In this document: positions 1 to 14,235 of the stretch, piece by piece | How positions within the stretch are numbered: position 1 is the stretch's first letter | How the letters are laid out: the number at the start of each line of letters is the position of its first letter | Assembly (NCBI GenBank): GCA_951406725.2 | Contig: OX597833.1 | Location: 66,154,001 to 66,218,000, forward strand | Direction of reading: 5' to 3' | Length of the DNA: 64,000 bases | DNA from: Octopus vulgaris | Lineage: Eukaryota | The notes under the pieces: generated by a model | What the model saw: the letters and a program-made list of their open reading frames with translations, nothing else | Databases searched by the model: none | Told to the model about the DNA's origin: nothing | Position numbers and translations under genes: made by a program

Positions 1-625
1 TACCACACAGCCACTCCTAAAAAAAAGACTTTTTTATTATTACTAATTTACAGAACTTAACAACATTCCCAGCTTAACTAATATATTATTAACATAACAA
101 AACTTCAAATGGCTGTCCACACGTTAGTAAGATAAACACGGTTTTTCTTTTCACCTATATCATGTGATGTGTGCGTCTGTGTGTGTGAGAAAGAGAGAGA
201 GAGAGTGTGTGATAAAAATGTTTGGAGTATCTTCTAGAAGAACCGTTTATACAAGTTCAACGAGTTACTAAAGCCATAGAGTGCAGAATGGTGTTAAACA
301 ATTTCTTTTACTCCACTTTCTCCGATTCGTATTCTATAATAGGTGATGTTTCGACGTAAACTTTGCTCTTCGCTGTAAAAATCGAAAATTATTGTACCTT
401 AGGCATTCTTCGTACTTCGATCTGTCGGTTTACATAAATGTCGCTTGTGTGTGTGTGTGTGTGTGTGCATGTGTGTGTGTATGTGTGTCTGTATGTGTGT
501 ATGTGTGCATGTGTGTGTATGTGTGTGTGTGTGTGCGTAAGTGTTTGTATGTATGTATATATATTCCGGTTAGGAACTGAAATGCTAATAACCTTTTTCA
601 CCCCAATTTCTGAAATACACAGACA

Positions 626-694
<69 letters not shown>

Positions 695-1189
695 ATATAT
701 ATATATATATATATACATACAATCATTGACTACTATTTACATGTTATAAACAAAAATACAGTCTTTAACCACAACAACACGGCAATCATAAGGCTCGACC
801 CACAAGATGAACCAAAATTATACAAAAATATTTGCCAAACTCAAAAAAAAAAATTACACTATCCAATGCAACCGAGCTGAAACTTCGACGTCACTACCAG
901 CCCTTTCTTTATAAAACACACACACACACACACAAACACACACAAATACACACATAAACACAAACACACACACACATATACATACATACTCACTCTTATT
1001 CTTTTACCACATAATAATCTATGGCCGTTCTGCATTACTGTCATATTTCTGTCAATAATATTTTCTCAAAGAAGAATTAGACCGGTGCCAAGTCAAAGAC
1101 AATGTCAGTTCCTGCTGTTACCGAAGAATATATTCTTTACTTCATCCATCAAAAACAGAAGCGTTGTTGCTTTGCTGTTGTTCTTCTTA

Positions 1190-1353
1190 ATATTATTAAC
1201 ATTATTATTATTGTTCTTATCGTTATTTCTGTTGTCTTTGTCGTTATTATTATTATTATTATTATCATTATTATTATCATTATTATTTTTTTCTTCTTCT
1301 TTCAAATTTGCTTCCATTTCTTGCCGAGCGTCTTCCCGACTCCTAGATTATTA

Positions 1354-1387
<34 letters not shown>

Positions 1388-1428
1388 CATTATTATTATT
1401 ATCATTATTATTATTATTATTATTATTA

Positions 1429-1459
<31 letters not shown>

Positions 1460-1521
1460 CATTATTATTATTATCATTATTATTATTATTATTATTATTA
1501 TCATTATTATTATTATTATTA

Positions 1522-1555
<34 letters not shown>

Positions 1556-1686
1556 CATCATTATCATTATTATTATCATTATCATTATTATCATTATTAT
1601 TATTATCATTATTATTATTATTGCTATTATTATTGTTGTTAATATTATTATTATTATTATTATTATTATCATTATTATTATTATTA

Positions 1687-1717
<31 letters not shown>

Positions 1718-1734
1718 CATTATTATTATTATTA

Positions 1735-1777
<43 letters not shown>

Positions 1778-1794
1778 CATTATTATTATTATTA

Positions 1795-1837
<43 letters not shown>

Positions 1838-1908
1838 CATTATTATTATTATTATCATTATTATTATCATTATTATTATTATTATTATTATCATTATTAT
1901 TATTATTA

Positions 1909-1948
<40 letters not shown>

Positions 1949-2206
1949 CATCATTATCATTATTATTATCATTATCATTATTATCATTATTATTATTATC
2001 ATTATTATTATTATTATCATTATTATTATTATTGCTATTATTATTGTTGTTAATATTGTTATTATTATTATTATCATTATTATTATTATTATCATTACTA
2101 TTATTATTATTATTATCATTATCATTATTATTGTTATTATTATTGTTACTGTTGTTAATATTATTATTATTATTATTATTATCTTTGTTATTATTATTAT
2201 CATTAC

Positions 2207-2248
<42 letters not shown>
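1190..2248. repeat. ~1-kb (ATT/ATC)n trinucleotide array
   Basis: Read directly; source of the poly-L/Y/I/N pseudo-ORFs. Confidence 0.97.
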
Positions 2249-4150
2249 CCACAAACACATAGTCTTTCATGTTCCCATGTTCCAAAACAAATATCGTTTT
2301 TTTTTCTCTTCGCATTGATTGTTTTACAAATCTTCTACTCCGCTTCCGCCTCTCCACCACGGCCACCCCGTCCCACCATCTCCTTTGCCTTTTATTGTCA
2401 TGCGTTGGAGTACATTTTGTATGCGTATTTGTGTGAATCTGTGTGTTTTTGCGACGATGTAATCTTGCTCGTAAGCCTGTAAGCGTGTGAGGCTGTGTGT
2501 ATGTGTATATGTTATTGTGTGTATCTGTGCGTATTTGTGTTTGTGTTTGTGTATGTGTATATATATATGTGTGTGTGTGTATGTGTGTGTGTGTGTGTGT
2601 TTGTGTGTGTATGCATGTTTATGTGAGCTTGCGTAAATCTATGTAACGATCTATTTAAATAGAATGTGTTTATGTGTTTGTATGTGTATATGTTTGTGTG
2701 TGTGTGTATGTAGTAAGTTTGTGTTTGCGAATGCATGCGTATGTGAGACAAAGAGAGTGAGTAAGTGCTTATATGTATGCGAGAGATTGAGAGAGTGTGT
2801 ATATGTGAGAGAAAAAATTAAAGTGCATATTTGAACAAGACTATTTACCACAGTTATATACGTGGACAGCAAAATTAAATTTTGAGTAGGAAGCAGCTCG
2901 TAATGTAAAGATTATTATCACATACTTAAAGTACATTTTGCTTAAACGCTTATTACCTTTAAGATGTTGGGTCTTAAAAAAACACTGTATACCTCAAGAA
3001 CAGGCGAAACGGATTGCTCTGTAGGTAAACGGGAACGGTGGATACCAACATTTCGCTGTTATTTCAGCTCTTTCGCACCGTCTACTCGAGTTACCTAGAA
3101 CCTTCGGTTGTGAAGCGATAGCAGGAGGTCAAAACACACACACACATATATACGGTGGGCTTCTTTCAGTTTCCGTCTACCAAATCCACTTACAAAGCTT
3201 TGGTCGGCCCGAAACTATAGTAGAAGACATTTGCCCAAGGTGCCACGCAGTGGGACTGAAACCGGAACCATGTGGTTCGTAAGCAAGCTTCTTATTTCTT
3301 TATTACCCACAAGGGGCTAAACAGAGAGAGGACAAACAAGGACAGGCAAACGGATTAAGTCGATAACATCGACCCCAGTATGTATTTGGTACTTAAAATA
3401 TCGACTCCGAAAGGATGAAAGGCAAAGTCGACTTCGGCGGAATTTGAACTCAGAACGTAAAGACAGACGAAATACTGCTAAGCATTTCGCCCGGTGTGCT
3501 AACGATTCTGCCAGCTCGCCGCCTTGTTAAGCAAGCTTCTTACCACACAACCACCTACTCAAAAATATATAACAGCAAAATATAAATAATTCTATGACAG
3601 CCATATTTGATTCAAATAATTCTCACTGTCGTTTTTATTCCATATAAAGACCCATAAACCTGTCGCAAATATATTTAATTTTATATACACACTCGCGCGC
3701 CATAAACACACATGCACACACACACACACACATGTGCAGTCACAGACACACATATGCACTACAATTTCTCACGCCCACGCGCCCGTGCTGACATTACTTT
3801 ATGTATAGACTTATATGAAGGTACGTTTCTGGTAGCAGACGATATTGGGTTTTTGTTAAATCGCTGATTTTATTCGTTGTTCATAAGTCTTAATATATCT
3901 AAATACATGTGTGTCTTTATGTGTGTGTGTATGCATATATTCATATACATATATAAATATAAGAAGTATATATGTGTGTAGGTGTGTATATGTATGTGTG
4001 GTTGTATTTGTGTGTGGGTGTACTCATTAATGTAGACATAGATATATAGATAGATAGATACATACATACATACATACATAGATAGATACGTACATACAGA
4101 GACAGACAGACAGTTAAAGAAGTCGGGAAAAAGTAGCATCGCCTACGTGT

Positions 4151-4208
<58 letters not shown>

Positions 4209-4211
<3 letters not shown>

Positions 4212-4543
4212 GGGTAAAGACCCCCTTCGGTCATGAATGACCATGGGATTGCACCTAGAAAGTTACCCTCCTAGACACAAGTCCGGGCAATGTTGTTTAT
4301 GGAAGGCCAGCAGTCGCCCATGCATACCGGCCTCCCCTCTCCACGCCACCAGTGTTATCCAAGGGAAAGACAAAGGTCGATACAGCTTGGCACCAGTGAC
4401 GTCGCAACTTGTTTCTACAGCTGAGTGAACTGGAGCAACGTGAAATAAAGTGCCTTGCTCAAGAACACAACACGCAGCCCGGTCCGGGATTCGAGATCGC
4501 AACCTCACGATCGTAAGCTCGACGCTCTAACCACTGAGCCATG
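4209..4543 (-). mobile_element. tRNA-derived SINE (V/CORE-like central domain)
   Basis: TGGCTCAGTGGTTAGAGCG head, TCGAATCCC B box, then TGTGTTCTTGAGCAAGGCACTT. Confidence 0.65.
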
Positions 4544-4933
4544 ACATATATACATAAATATATTTATACTATATAGGTACAAAATTAATATAAAAATTAG
4601 CACGGGGTATGCAAGTGTATATATGGGTATGCAAGTGTATATATATATATATATATATACACACGTACACAGATGCATGATCACATGTGTGCATGCATGT
4701 ATGTATCCATGTATAAATGCATGTGTGTGTACATTCCGAAATTAGACATAACGTTGAAAGATCCATTAGAAGCAACAAAACTTAAATGCTGAGAAGAACA
4801 AACTAAATCAAATATGGCTGCCGACTTTGTCGTTTATTGGAATTTTATATATTTTTGTTCGCGGTTGTTTTACATGGATTACTCCCTCGCTCTTCATTAC
4901 TATATGTGCACTTCTGTGCCTGTGCACATGCTA

Positions 4934-4934
<1 letters not shown>

Positions 4935-4988
<54 letters not shown>

Positions 4989-5006
4989 CATATATATATA
5001 TATGAC

Positions 5007-5039
<33 letters not shown>

Positions 5040-5411
5040 GTACATATACATATGTATACATATATACATATATATATGCATACATTTATATATACTTACA
5101 TATATCTACGCATATATATATGTGTACATATATACATTCATATATATATATACACATATATGCATATATATATATATATACATATATATATACATATATT
5201 TACATATATATACATATATATAAATATACATATGTACATATACATATGTATATATACATATATATATTTACATATATATATTATGTATATATGCATTACA
5301 TACATATGCATACGCACACGTGTATGTATAAACATGCATTATATATATACACACATACATATGTACATATGTATATAACTACATTTACGCAAGGTGTGTA
5401 TAAATATACAT

Positions 5412-5468
<57 letters not shown>
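4935..5468. repeat. Compound (AT)/(AC) microsatellite; representative of dozens of (CA)n, (TA)n, (TACA)n and (GA)n tracts
   Basis: Read directly. Confidence 0.95.
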
Positions 5469-5470
<2 letters not shown>

Positions 5471-6305
5471 CATTAGTTGTTATTTTCTTTGCAAAATGAG
5501 ATAAAAATCTACAAGGTACGAATATATTCCATTTCCTCGTTAGATAAATAAAATTAAGCGATGTCTCATATCACTTAATCTTTATAAATTTATTTAATTC
5601 GATTTTCTTTTTTCCTCTTTTTCAGTTCAACGGCAAAGTTTTTAATATCCAAAGATAGGTGGTTGGGGTGGATGCTGTTCTGATTGCGGTTGAGAATCTC
5701 TTCAGTACGAAACAATTAAGGGAATGTTTACTGCATCGCTTTCGTCACCAAAGAAAATGTTTTGGGGAAAAGAGAGAAGTAAAAATTGTTAGTGTTTATT
5801 GCAAGTTTTTATTGTTGTAATACATGCACGGTGTGTGTGTGTGTGTGTGTGTGTGGAGGGGGTGGACGGTGGACGGCGTGCGGAGGAGGTGTGATGGGTC
5901 TATTTGGGTATGGAGAGTGTATGTGTGGAAGGAGTATATGTTTGTATGGAGGGTGTGTATGTGTGTGGTGGGTGAGCGAGTGAGCGGGAGTGTTGGTGTG
6001 AGTGTGGAGGTAGTGCTGGGGTTGGAGATGGTGGGGTGGGGTGGGGTGGAGGCTGTGTGGGGGTGGATGGTGGGTGTGTGTGTGTATGTGGAAGGGGACG
6101 GATAGGTGGTGGGTGTGTCTGTGTGTGTGCGTGTGTGTGTAAGTCGGCAAGGTTACCAGGCAGAATCGTTAGCACGCTGGACGAAATGCTTAGCGTCATT
6201 TCGACCGCCTTTACGTTCTGAGTTCAAATTCCGCCGAGATCAACTTTACCTTTCATCCGTTTGGGGTCAAAAAAATAATAAGTACCAGTAGGGCACTGGA
6301 GTCGA

Positions 6306-6395
<90 letters not shown>

Positions 6396-6810
6396 TATAT
6401 ATATATAACAATTTAACGAATAAAACATATGCATACATACATATATGTACATACCTACATCTATATGTATATATATATATATGAGTAGAACACAACGTAG
6501 AACACAACTAGAAACGAAAACATAAAAACAAACTAGGAAACGAACTTTTTTTAACAACGAAAAAAACAGAGTACAAGACAAACAATACAAGGAATATTCC
6601 CCTTCATCAGCTGCCCCTGGTTCGACTCAATGCGTGTTTCGAAGGTAAGGGCAGAACACGATCCGGCCGAAACAATCCTTCCTGCAAAATGAATTAAATA
6701 AAATTCTTTTGCAGAGAGGTAATAAAAGAAAAAAAGTGACAAGAACAGGACGTAAAAGCAATACAAATAAAAATACAGTACACATAAAGAATAAAAACAG
6801 GACAAGGAAA

Positions 6811-6980
6811 GTATGCTGAAAAGCTCCTGGCTTTGGGTAAAAGAAAATACAAAAGGATTAGTTAATTATGATTTTATTCAACACACTCTCCTCTCAGATT
6901 CACACACTAATTGCAGTGGCCCTTCAGTTTTTCCTAAGCCCTGTAAAAGAACTCGGAAAGTTGGGCCTCCATCCAGGCTT
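6811..6980 (-). mobile_element. 3' end of another mariner relic
   Basis: Translates ...CVNLRGECVE*, followed by a TIR-like end (plus strand GCTGAAAAGCTCCTGGCTTT). Confidence 0.55.
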
Positions 6981-7116
6981 TGCGCGAACCCCTTAAAGTC
7001 AAGAACTTTCAGCACAACACCTCGAACCCACAAGAAAACCAGTGGATGTATTTCCACTGAATTTTAGGTAAATAATCCTTCGAACAGACAGTCAGTAGCG
7101 ACACCTGCTGAGTTCG

Positions 7117-7175
7117 GCTGCTCTACATTGATAAGGGGCAAATACCCTGAAACTAGTCTGTGGATGTTGAACAGC
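7117..7175 (+). ncRNA. Type I hammerhead motif with U3-A8 core variant
   Basis: GCTG-c-TCTACA-TTGATAA-GGGG(caaata)CCCT-GAAAC(ta)GTC-TGTGGA-tgttgaa-CAGC. All three stems pair; the core is UUGAUAA instead of CUGAUGA. Confidence 0.65.
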
Positions 7176-7386
7176 AAGGGGAAGCTGCTGACCTCTCCTG
7201 TCCGATGGTTATAATGGACACAGGTTCGTGTGTCACATAGCTAGCTAGAGGCGATGACCTCTTGGAGCTAATCAACGGCAGCATCTGTCCTATTTTTCTG
7301 GACTGCCATGTTAGCTTGGCGGTAACTTTTAATATCCAGTACCGCTGCCGTAGTCTCCTTTATAGAAACTTAGAAATATTAATATT

Positions 7387-7426
<40 letters not shown>

Positions 7427-7979
7427 AATGCTTCGAAGTCACTATGAATGATTTCCCCTGTACACACACACACACGCTCACACATAAACATGTATACATA
7501 TACACACAAACATACACATATATGCATATATATACATACACACACATGCACATATATATATATACATATACACATATATTCATACATATACATACATACA
7601 CACATATTTACATTTAGGTGTGGATGTGGTTGTGGGTGTGCGCTACCATCAAGATACCATCCTTTAACACCTGCCAAGGAAGGTGCGAAAATCTGGGGAG
7701 AACTTCCTTTCAGGTGTGCTAAACTGTCTGCCGTGTTCTTGTGCGTGATAAGCATAATGAACGCAATACAGTCACTCGTGCTACGGAGGAGGAGGAGGAG
7801 GAAGGGGAGGAAGAGGAAGAGGAGGAGGATTTTACTTCCCTAATAATATCCTTAATTACGCAGGTGTAGGTGAGCCAGGTGCGTTTGACAAGGTTCCACT
7901 TCTGGTTGGTGTCTTTTTTCAATCTCTTTCGTTCACACTCACGACGATATCTCTTTGCATGCATGTGTGTCGATAGAGA

Positions 7980-8012
<33 letters not shown>

Positions 8013-8311
8013 ATACAAATATATATTTGCCATTATTATTATCATCATCATTATTATTATTATTATCATTATTATTATTATAGGTACATTCATATAGGTA
8101 TAAACTATGTAATGCGTATATATAAACATATAAAAATAAATACATACACACACACGTAAATATATATGCATTTATATGTATATATATATATGTATACATA
8201 CATTTATATGTATATATATGTGTGTGTATATATATGTATATATATATATACACACACACAATTTGATCTCATATATAAATATATGGATATATATATATCT
8301 ATATATATATA

Positions 8312-8357
<46 letters not shown>

Positions 8358-9404
8358 TGTCTATGTATGTGTGTTTACATTTACACACACACACACACAC
8401 ACACACGCATGCACACACAGACGCGCGCGCGCGCACCTAACACATTCCCCGTTTGTGGATGAAGTTCAACGAGTGAATGCACTCGATTCCTAAGAGAGAG
8501 ATAAATTTTTTTTATGTCGAAACTCAATGGAACTTTAGAGGCGAAACAAACTTCTATCGCACCACCATATTCATCAGAACGTACATACATACATACATAC
8601 ATACATACATACATACATACATACATACATACATACATACATACATACATACATACATACATAGATGCGTATGTGTGTACGATTATATATGCATTTCAGT
8701 GGCTGAAATGGCCATTTCAGCCACTGACCATTACCTTAGTTCTATTCGAACACATAAGACAGCTATTATGCTTACTCCCCACAAAACATTACCACGTGGA
8801 TTCTGTTGAGACCAGTAAGAAACAATTATGGACTTTTTTATTACACTTAACTTTTAAAAATATTTTTGATAAGGTTCGTTTTATCAAGAAGAACCGAAAC
8901 ATGTAAAATTTCTAAGAAAATTAAAATTCATCTTATATAGTGGCGTTTTCAAACTTCTTTTTTATAAATATATACCCACTCGTATACGACCTACACTTAT
9001 AAATATATATAAAATGTATTCTTTTATTCTTTTATTTGCTATAGTAATTTGACTACGGCCATGCTGGAACAATAAAAACTTTCAAAGGTAATAATTATTA
9101 TTTTCAAGCGTGGTGGTATCTCTGAGATACCCTAAATCTTAATTTTATGCATATATATATATATAACGGGCTTCTTTCAGTTTCCGTCTATCAGATCTAT
9201 TCATAAAGCTTTGGTCGGCCCGAAGCCATAGTAAAAGACATGTAGTGACTGAACCTGAAACCATATGTTTGAGGAGCAAGCTTCTTACCACACAACCACG
9301 CCTGTGCCTTTATAATAAGACAGACAGACAGATAGATAGATATGCATGTATGTATGTATGTATGTATGTATGTATGTATGTATGTATGTATGTATGTATG
9401 TATG

Positions 9405-9436
<32 letters not shown>

Positions 9437-10666
9437 AAGACACACATATATATACATATATGTATTTTTTCTGTTTGGCTGCCAGCGTCAATTTTCTGTT
9501 CGAATTGATTTCGTATTCAGTGTAATGATACACTTTTATACGCTAATTAATGACGTGAAAGTAATTTCGCTATAAATCAATAAATAAAGAGTTATTGGAT
9601 AATTAAAGTATGAAAATTTTGGTGATTTTAGCCAACTGTAAGCCACAGACACGTTCATGTCCGTTTCGATAGTAACAAGCGGAACCTGAGAACTATTTTG
9701 CCTGTTGCGACAGCACCAGTCTTTGAAAAGTATTTTATCTATACATATAGAGGGAGAGGAAGAGTGCGAGTGAGTGAATGATTGAGTGAGTGAGTGAAAG
9801 ACAAACAGACACAGATAGACAAAGAAACAGAAAGACAAACAGACAGATTGATGCAAAGACGGGCAGAAAGTGAGTGAACGAGACAAGCAAAGATTGAGAG
9901 AGAATTTCGATATTCGTGGCTCTCCGTCGGTTGCGACGACGAGGGTTCCACTTGATCCGATCAACATAACAGCCTGCTCGTGAAATTAACGTGCAAGTGG
10001 CTGAGCACTCCACAGACACGCGTACCCTTAACGAAGTTCTTGTGAAGATTCAGCGTGACACAGAGAGTGCCAAGACCGGCCCTTTTTAAATATAGGTACA
10101 ACAAAAACAGGAAGAAAGAGTAAGAGAAAGTTGTGGTGAAAGAGTACAGCAGGGTTCGCCACCACCCTCTGCCAGAGCTTCGTGGAGCTTTAGGTGTTTT
10201 TGCTCAATGAACACTCACAACGCCCGGTATGGGAATCGAAACCGCGATCCTATGGCCGCGACTCCACTGCCCTAACCACTGGGCCATTGCGCTTCCACGA
10301 ATTTCGATATAGGTACATTTAATGCCACATATTCCGTCCGCTCTAACTCGGAGCATAGTTTTACAAACTGCTGAACATAATTAGTTCGGAATAAACTAGA
10401 ACATTCGGAATGTCCACATAAATCTCTTCGAAGGATCACATCAAACAAAATCTTATGAAAATAAACATTTAATGCGAAAACTTGATCTGTTTTTCGCAAA
10501 CCGAATTTACGACTTATTTCCTCGGGCTGCTTTCAACGCAGCATTTCATTGGCTGCCGTTTCTAGCGAATGAAGATTAAAATCGAATGAAATGAACCAAA
10601 ATCCGTTTGCACTTACCAATGTCTTTGCTATAATAGAAAAAAAAAAGGTTTCCAGAAAAAAAACTC

Positions 10667-11125
10667 ACAGATCACAGAAACCACACGGCATGATGCGACT
10701 CACTTTCTCTCACTGTCTCTCACTGTCTTTCTCTTTGTGTTTGTGTGTGTGTCTCTCTCTCTATTTCACTCTCTTTATCTATCAACCTATTTGTCTCTAT
10801 CTCACTCAATCATTCCCTATCCCCTTTTTCTCCCTTTCTCTCTCTCCCTCTTTCTCTCCATATGCATCAGCAATCACGGACCCCTTTGCGAACATCTGAA
10901 GATTCATGATTTCCCGGCAAAAGACTCACCAAGCGGTTCCCTGTTGCCTTCTGCAGGATTATTTTCGGTTTACACTGCATCTTTAACCCTGTGTTCATGT
11001 GACATCGGGGTACGTCAATAAACCAATCGAATCATATGACCTGAGAAAGGGGATAGGGAATGATTGAGGGAAATAGAGACAAATAGGTTGATAGATAAAG
11101 AGAGTGAAATAGTGAAATAGAGAGC

Positions 11126-11167
<42 letters not shown>

Positions 11168-11210
11168 GAGAAAGTGAGCCTCATCATACCGTGTGGCTTC
11201 TGTGATCTGT
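10667..11210. repeat. Long inverted repeat (~165-bp arms, ~215-bp spacer)
   Basis: 10667-10830 is the reverse complement of ~11046-11210. Confidence 0.85.
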
Positions 11211-11826
11211 TCCGGTTCTTTGTGTTCTGAGTTTAAATTCCGTCACCTGCACCCCCCTTTTACCGAAAATGGAACATTCCGGACACGTCTGACGGTGATC
11301 GGGATTCAAAGTCAGACGTGGGGATGCAGCGATCGGAGCAGGGTTTCGATTACATCAATAGATTATATATATATATATATGTATATGTGTGTGTGTGTCT
11401 GTGTATGTATGTATGTATGTATGTATGTATGTATGTATGTATGTATGTATGTATGTATGTATGTATGTATGTATGTAGGTCTTATTTACACGACCATCTT
11501 CTGTTATCTGGATCGTAACTGGAGTCCTTGGCAGATAATAACATCCCAGTCCAAAGCGACCCTGGGTAGTATTGAGGAATAAGGACTACGTCCATACTCC
11601 CCAAAATTCGTAAAGACTCGAAGTGAAGACGTGTATGCGTTTTAATGTCTCGGCTGTACAGTCTGTTTTACACGGCGATGGCAAATGTTTAGCGAACTTA
11701 ATGCAACACTAAACTTATTCATACTTCGTGTGTGTGTGTGTGTATACAAGCATCTTTATATATATATATATATAACTTAATGCAAGACTGTAAACTTATT
11801 GATACTTCCTGTGTGTGTGTATACAA

Positions 11827-11867
<41 letters not shown>

Positions 11868-11896
11868 CATATATATATATATACACACATATATAT

Positions 11897-11928
<32 letters not shown>

Positions 11929-12168
11929 TTTATATAGACATTAATATGTATGTATATTAATGTGCAACAGATACTGGTAGTATATGTATAATATATACAC
12001 ATGTATACAAACATACATATATATATATATATACACAAATGTATATACATATGCATAAATATATGTGTGTATATATATGTATATGTATATACATGAACGT
12101 GTGTGTATGTATAATATATATTGCATATGTATGAAGATATATACGTATTTGTGTATGTATATATGTAC

Positions 12169-12211
<43 letters not shown>

Positions 12212-12246
12212 AAGAGGAGAGAGAGAGAAAGGAGGAGAAAGAGAGC

Positions 12247-12295
<49 letters not shown>

Positions 12296-13010
12296 CGTAC
12301 ACATACAGAGAGACAGAGAAAGCGAGATAAATACAGACAAACAGACAGAGAGACAGAGAGATAGTAGGATAGATATAAAGACAGATGAAGACAGATAGGT
12401 ATTCTATGCTAGAGACTATATATATATATATATATACGTGCGTACTACATCCATCATGAGTCCACCTACATATTTCTCTGAAAAGTGTGTTATGTAAGAT
12501 CAATTCTTTCGCTGACTTTTCCTGTATAATGATGGAGAGGCGGCGGGGGGCGAGTGGGTGGGTGGGTGGGTGTGGTGGTCGGTGGTCGGGGGTCTGGTGG
12601 GAGGGTTGGAACGTTGACCTAGAGACAGAGAGAGGTGATTAGACGCTATTGATGTGATGGCGTGCAAGGAAGAAAAATGGCAAAGGTGATGTTTGAGAGA
12701 ACTTTGTTTTATCAACTAAAAGTTGTCTTTTCCCCGCCACCACCACCACCTCCACACACACACACGCACATAAGCACACAGACATGCGTATATATACATA
12801 TACACGCAAACACAAACATACATGTAGATACACACACACACACACATACACACGCACATACACACACACAAGCATAAACATATATGTAGATACACACATA
12901 TACACACACACACACAAGAAATTACTTATAGCTAAGTCTGCGAGTGCTTTTCTAGGTTGCTTCGTGTGGATTCTATAATGGTAAATAAATAAATAAATAA
13001 ATAAACAGCA

Positions 13011-13177
13011 TAGGCGCAGGAGTGGCTGTGTGGTAAGTAGCTTGCTTTCCAACCACATGCTTCCGGGTTCAGTCCCACTGCGTGACATCTTGGGCAAGTG
13101 TATTCTACTATAGCCTCGGGCCAACCAAAACCTTGTGAGTGGATTTGGTAGACGGAAACTGAAAGAAGCCTGTCGTA

Positions 13178-13242
<65 letters not shown>

Positions 13243-13258
13243 TTATATATGTGTGTAT

Positions 13259-13301
<43 letters not shown>

Positions 13302-13520
13302 TGTGTGTGTATATGTTTGTGTGCCTGTGTTTGTCCCCCCCCCAGCATTGCTTGACAATCGGTGCTGGTGTGCTTACGTCCCCGTCACTTAGCGGTTCGG
13401 CAAAAGAGACCGATAGAATAAGTAGCAGGCTTACAAAGAATAAGTCCCGGCGTTGATTTGCTCGACTAAAGGTGGTGCTCCAGCATGGCCGTAGTCAAAT
13501 GACTGAAACAAGTAAAAGAG
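13011..13520 (+). mobile_element. SINE family A (tRNA-like head, CORE-like segment, internal AT/GT microsatellite); representative of >20 copies or fragments
   Basis: GGAGTGGCTGTGTGGTAAG...GGTTCAGTCCC...CTTGGGCAAGTG...GACTGAAACAAGTAAAAGAG. Plus copies start near 18483, 19345, 21946, 22691, 32877, 35035, 38805, 39683, 47617, 54715, 55590, 60078, 61755. Minus copies at ~3130-3555, 9020-9305, 17600-17982, 32420-32745, 47240-47445, 49830-50170, 53240-53660. Confidence 0.85.
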
Positions 13521-13599
13521 TAAATAAATGTGTATGTGTGTGTGTGTGTGTATGTGTGTGTGTGTATGTGTGTGTGTGTGTGGAAGAATCAAAGGTCTT

Positions 13600-13849
13600 T
13601 CTGGAGACATAGGCTGATAAGAACTGGTTTCCTTGATTCTGCGGCGTGTGTATTCCATCCTGGACGGGACGCCAGACCGTCGCGCGATTACTCACTTCTA
13701 CCAGTTGAATGCATTGGACCAACGTGGAATGAAGTGTTTTTTTTGTTGTTTTTTTTTTTTTGCAACAACACATCGCTCGGTCTAGGAAACGAAATCACAA
13801 TCTAACGATCATGGATGCAACAACCTTATCCATTAAGCCACGCGCTTCC
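13600..13849 (-). mobile_element. Degenerate V-SINE-like element
   Basis: tRNA-like head plus the V-domain hallmark GCGACGGTCTGGCGTCCCGTCCAGG. Confidence 0.55.
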
Positions 13850-14193
13850 ATTGTGTGTGTGTGTGTGTGTGTGCTTGTGTGTGCGTGCGTGTGCGTGTCT
13901 CAGTGTGTGTGTGTGTGTGCGTTCTATATGTCTATGTACACACACACATATATAAATATATATATATATATAATACAAATAAGAAAATGGAGAAACAAAT
14001 TTAGTTTGTTCATCAACTTTCGGATGTTATAATGTTGGATTATTTATTCATTTAACAAAATGAGAACATCAATACCATACATATATATCTTAAATTCAAT
14101 ACATATAAGAAGAATCTGGGTACTTTACCAACTGTATATTGGATAAATACTATCCCATAGTGGGTTACACCCATAACCCATATCTTACTTTGT

Positions 14194-14235
<42 letters not shown>

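Noticed and set aside
1085-2366. Long ORFs (poly-Leu, poly-Asn, poly-Ile, poly-Tyr)
   Set aside because: Stop-free frames of an (ATT)n microsatellite, with no splice or domain evidence.
5850-6120. G-quadruplex-like G-rich tract (also ~12540-12610)
   Set aside because: A degenerate GT/GGT microsatellite with nothing indicating function.
6590-6660. Possible type II hammerhead on the minus strand (GAAAC...GTC...CTGATGA)
   Set aside because: Stems I and III do not pair. CTGANGA words at ~14446, ~20843 and ~47491 likewise lack the required stems.
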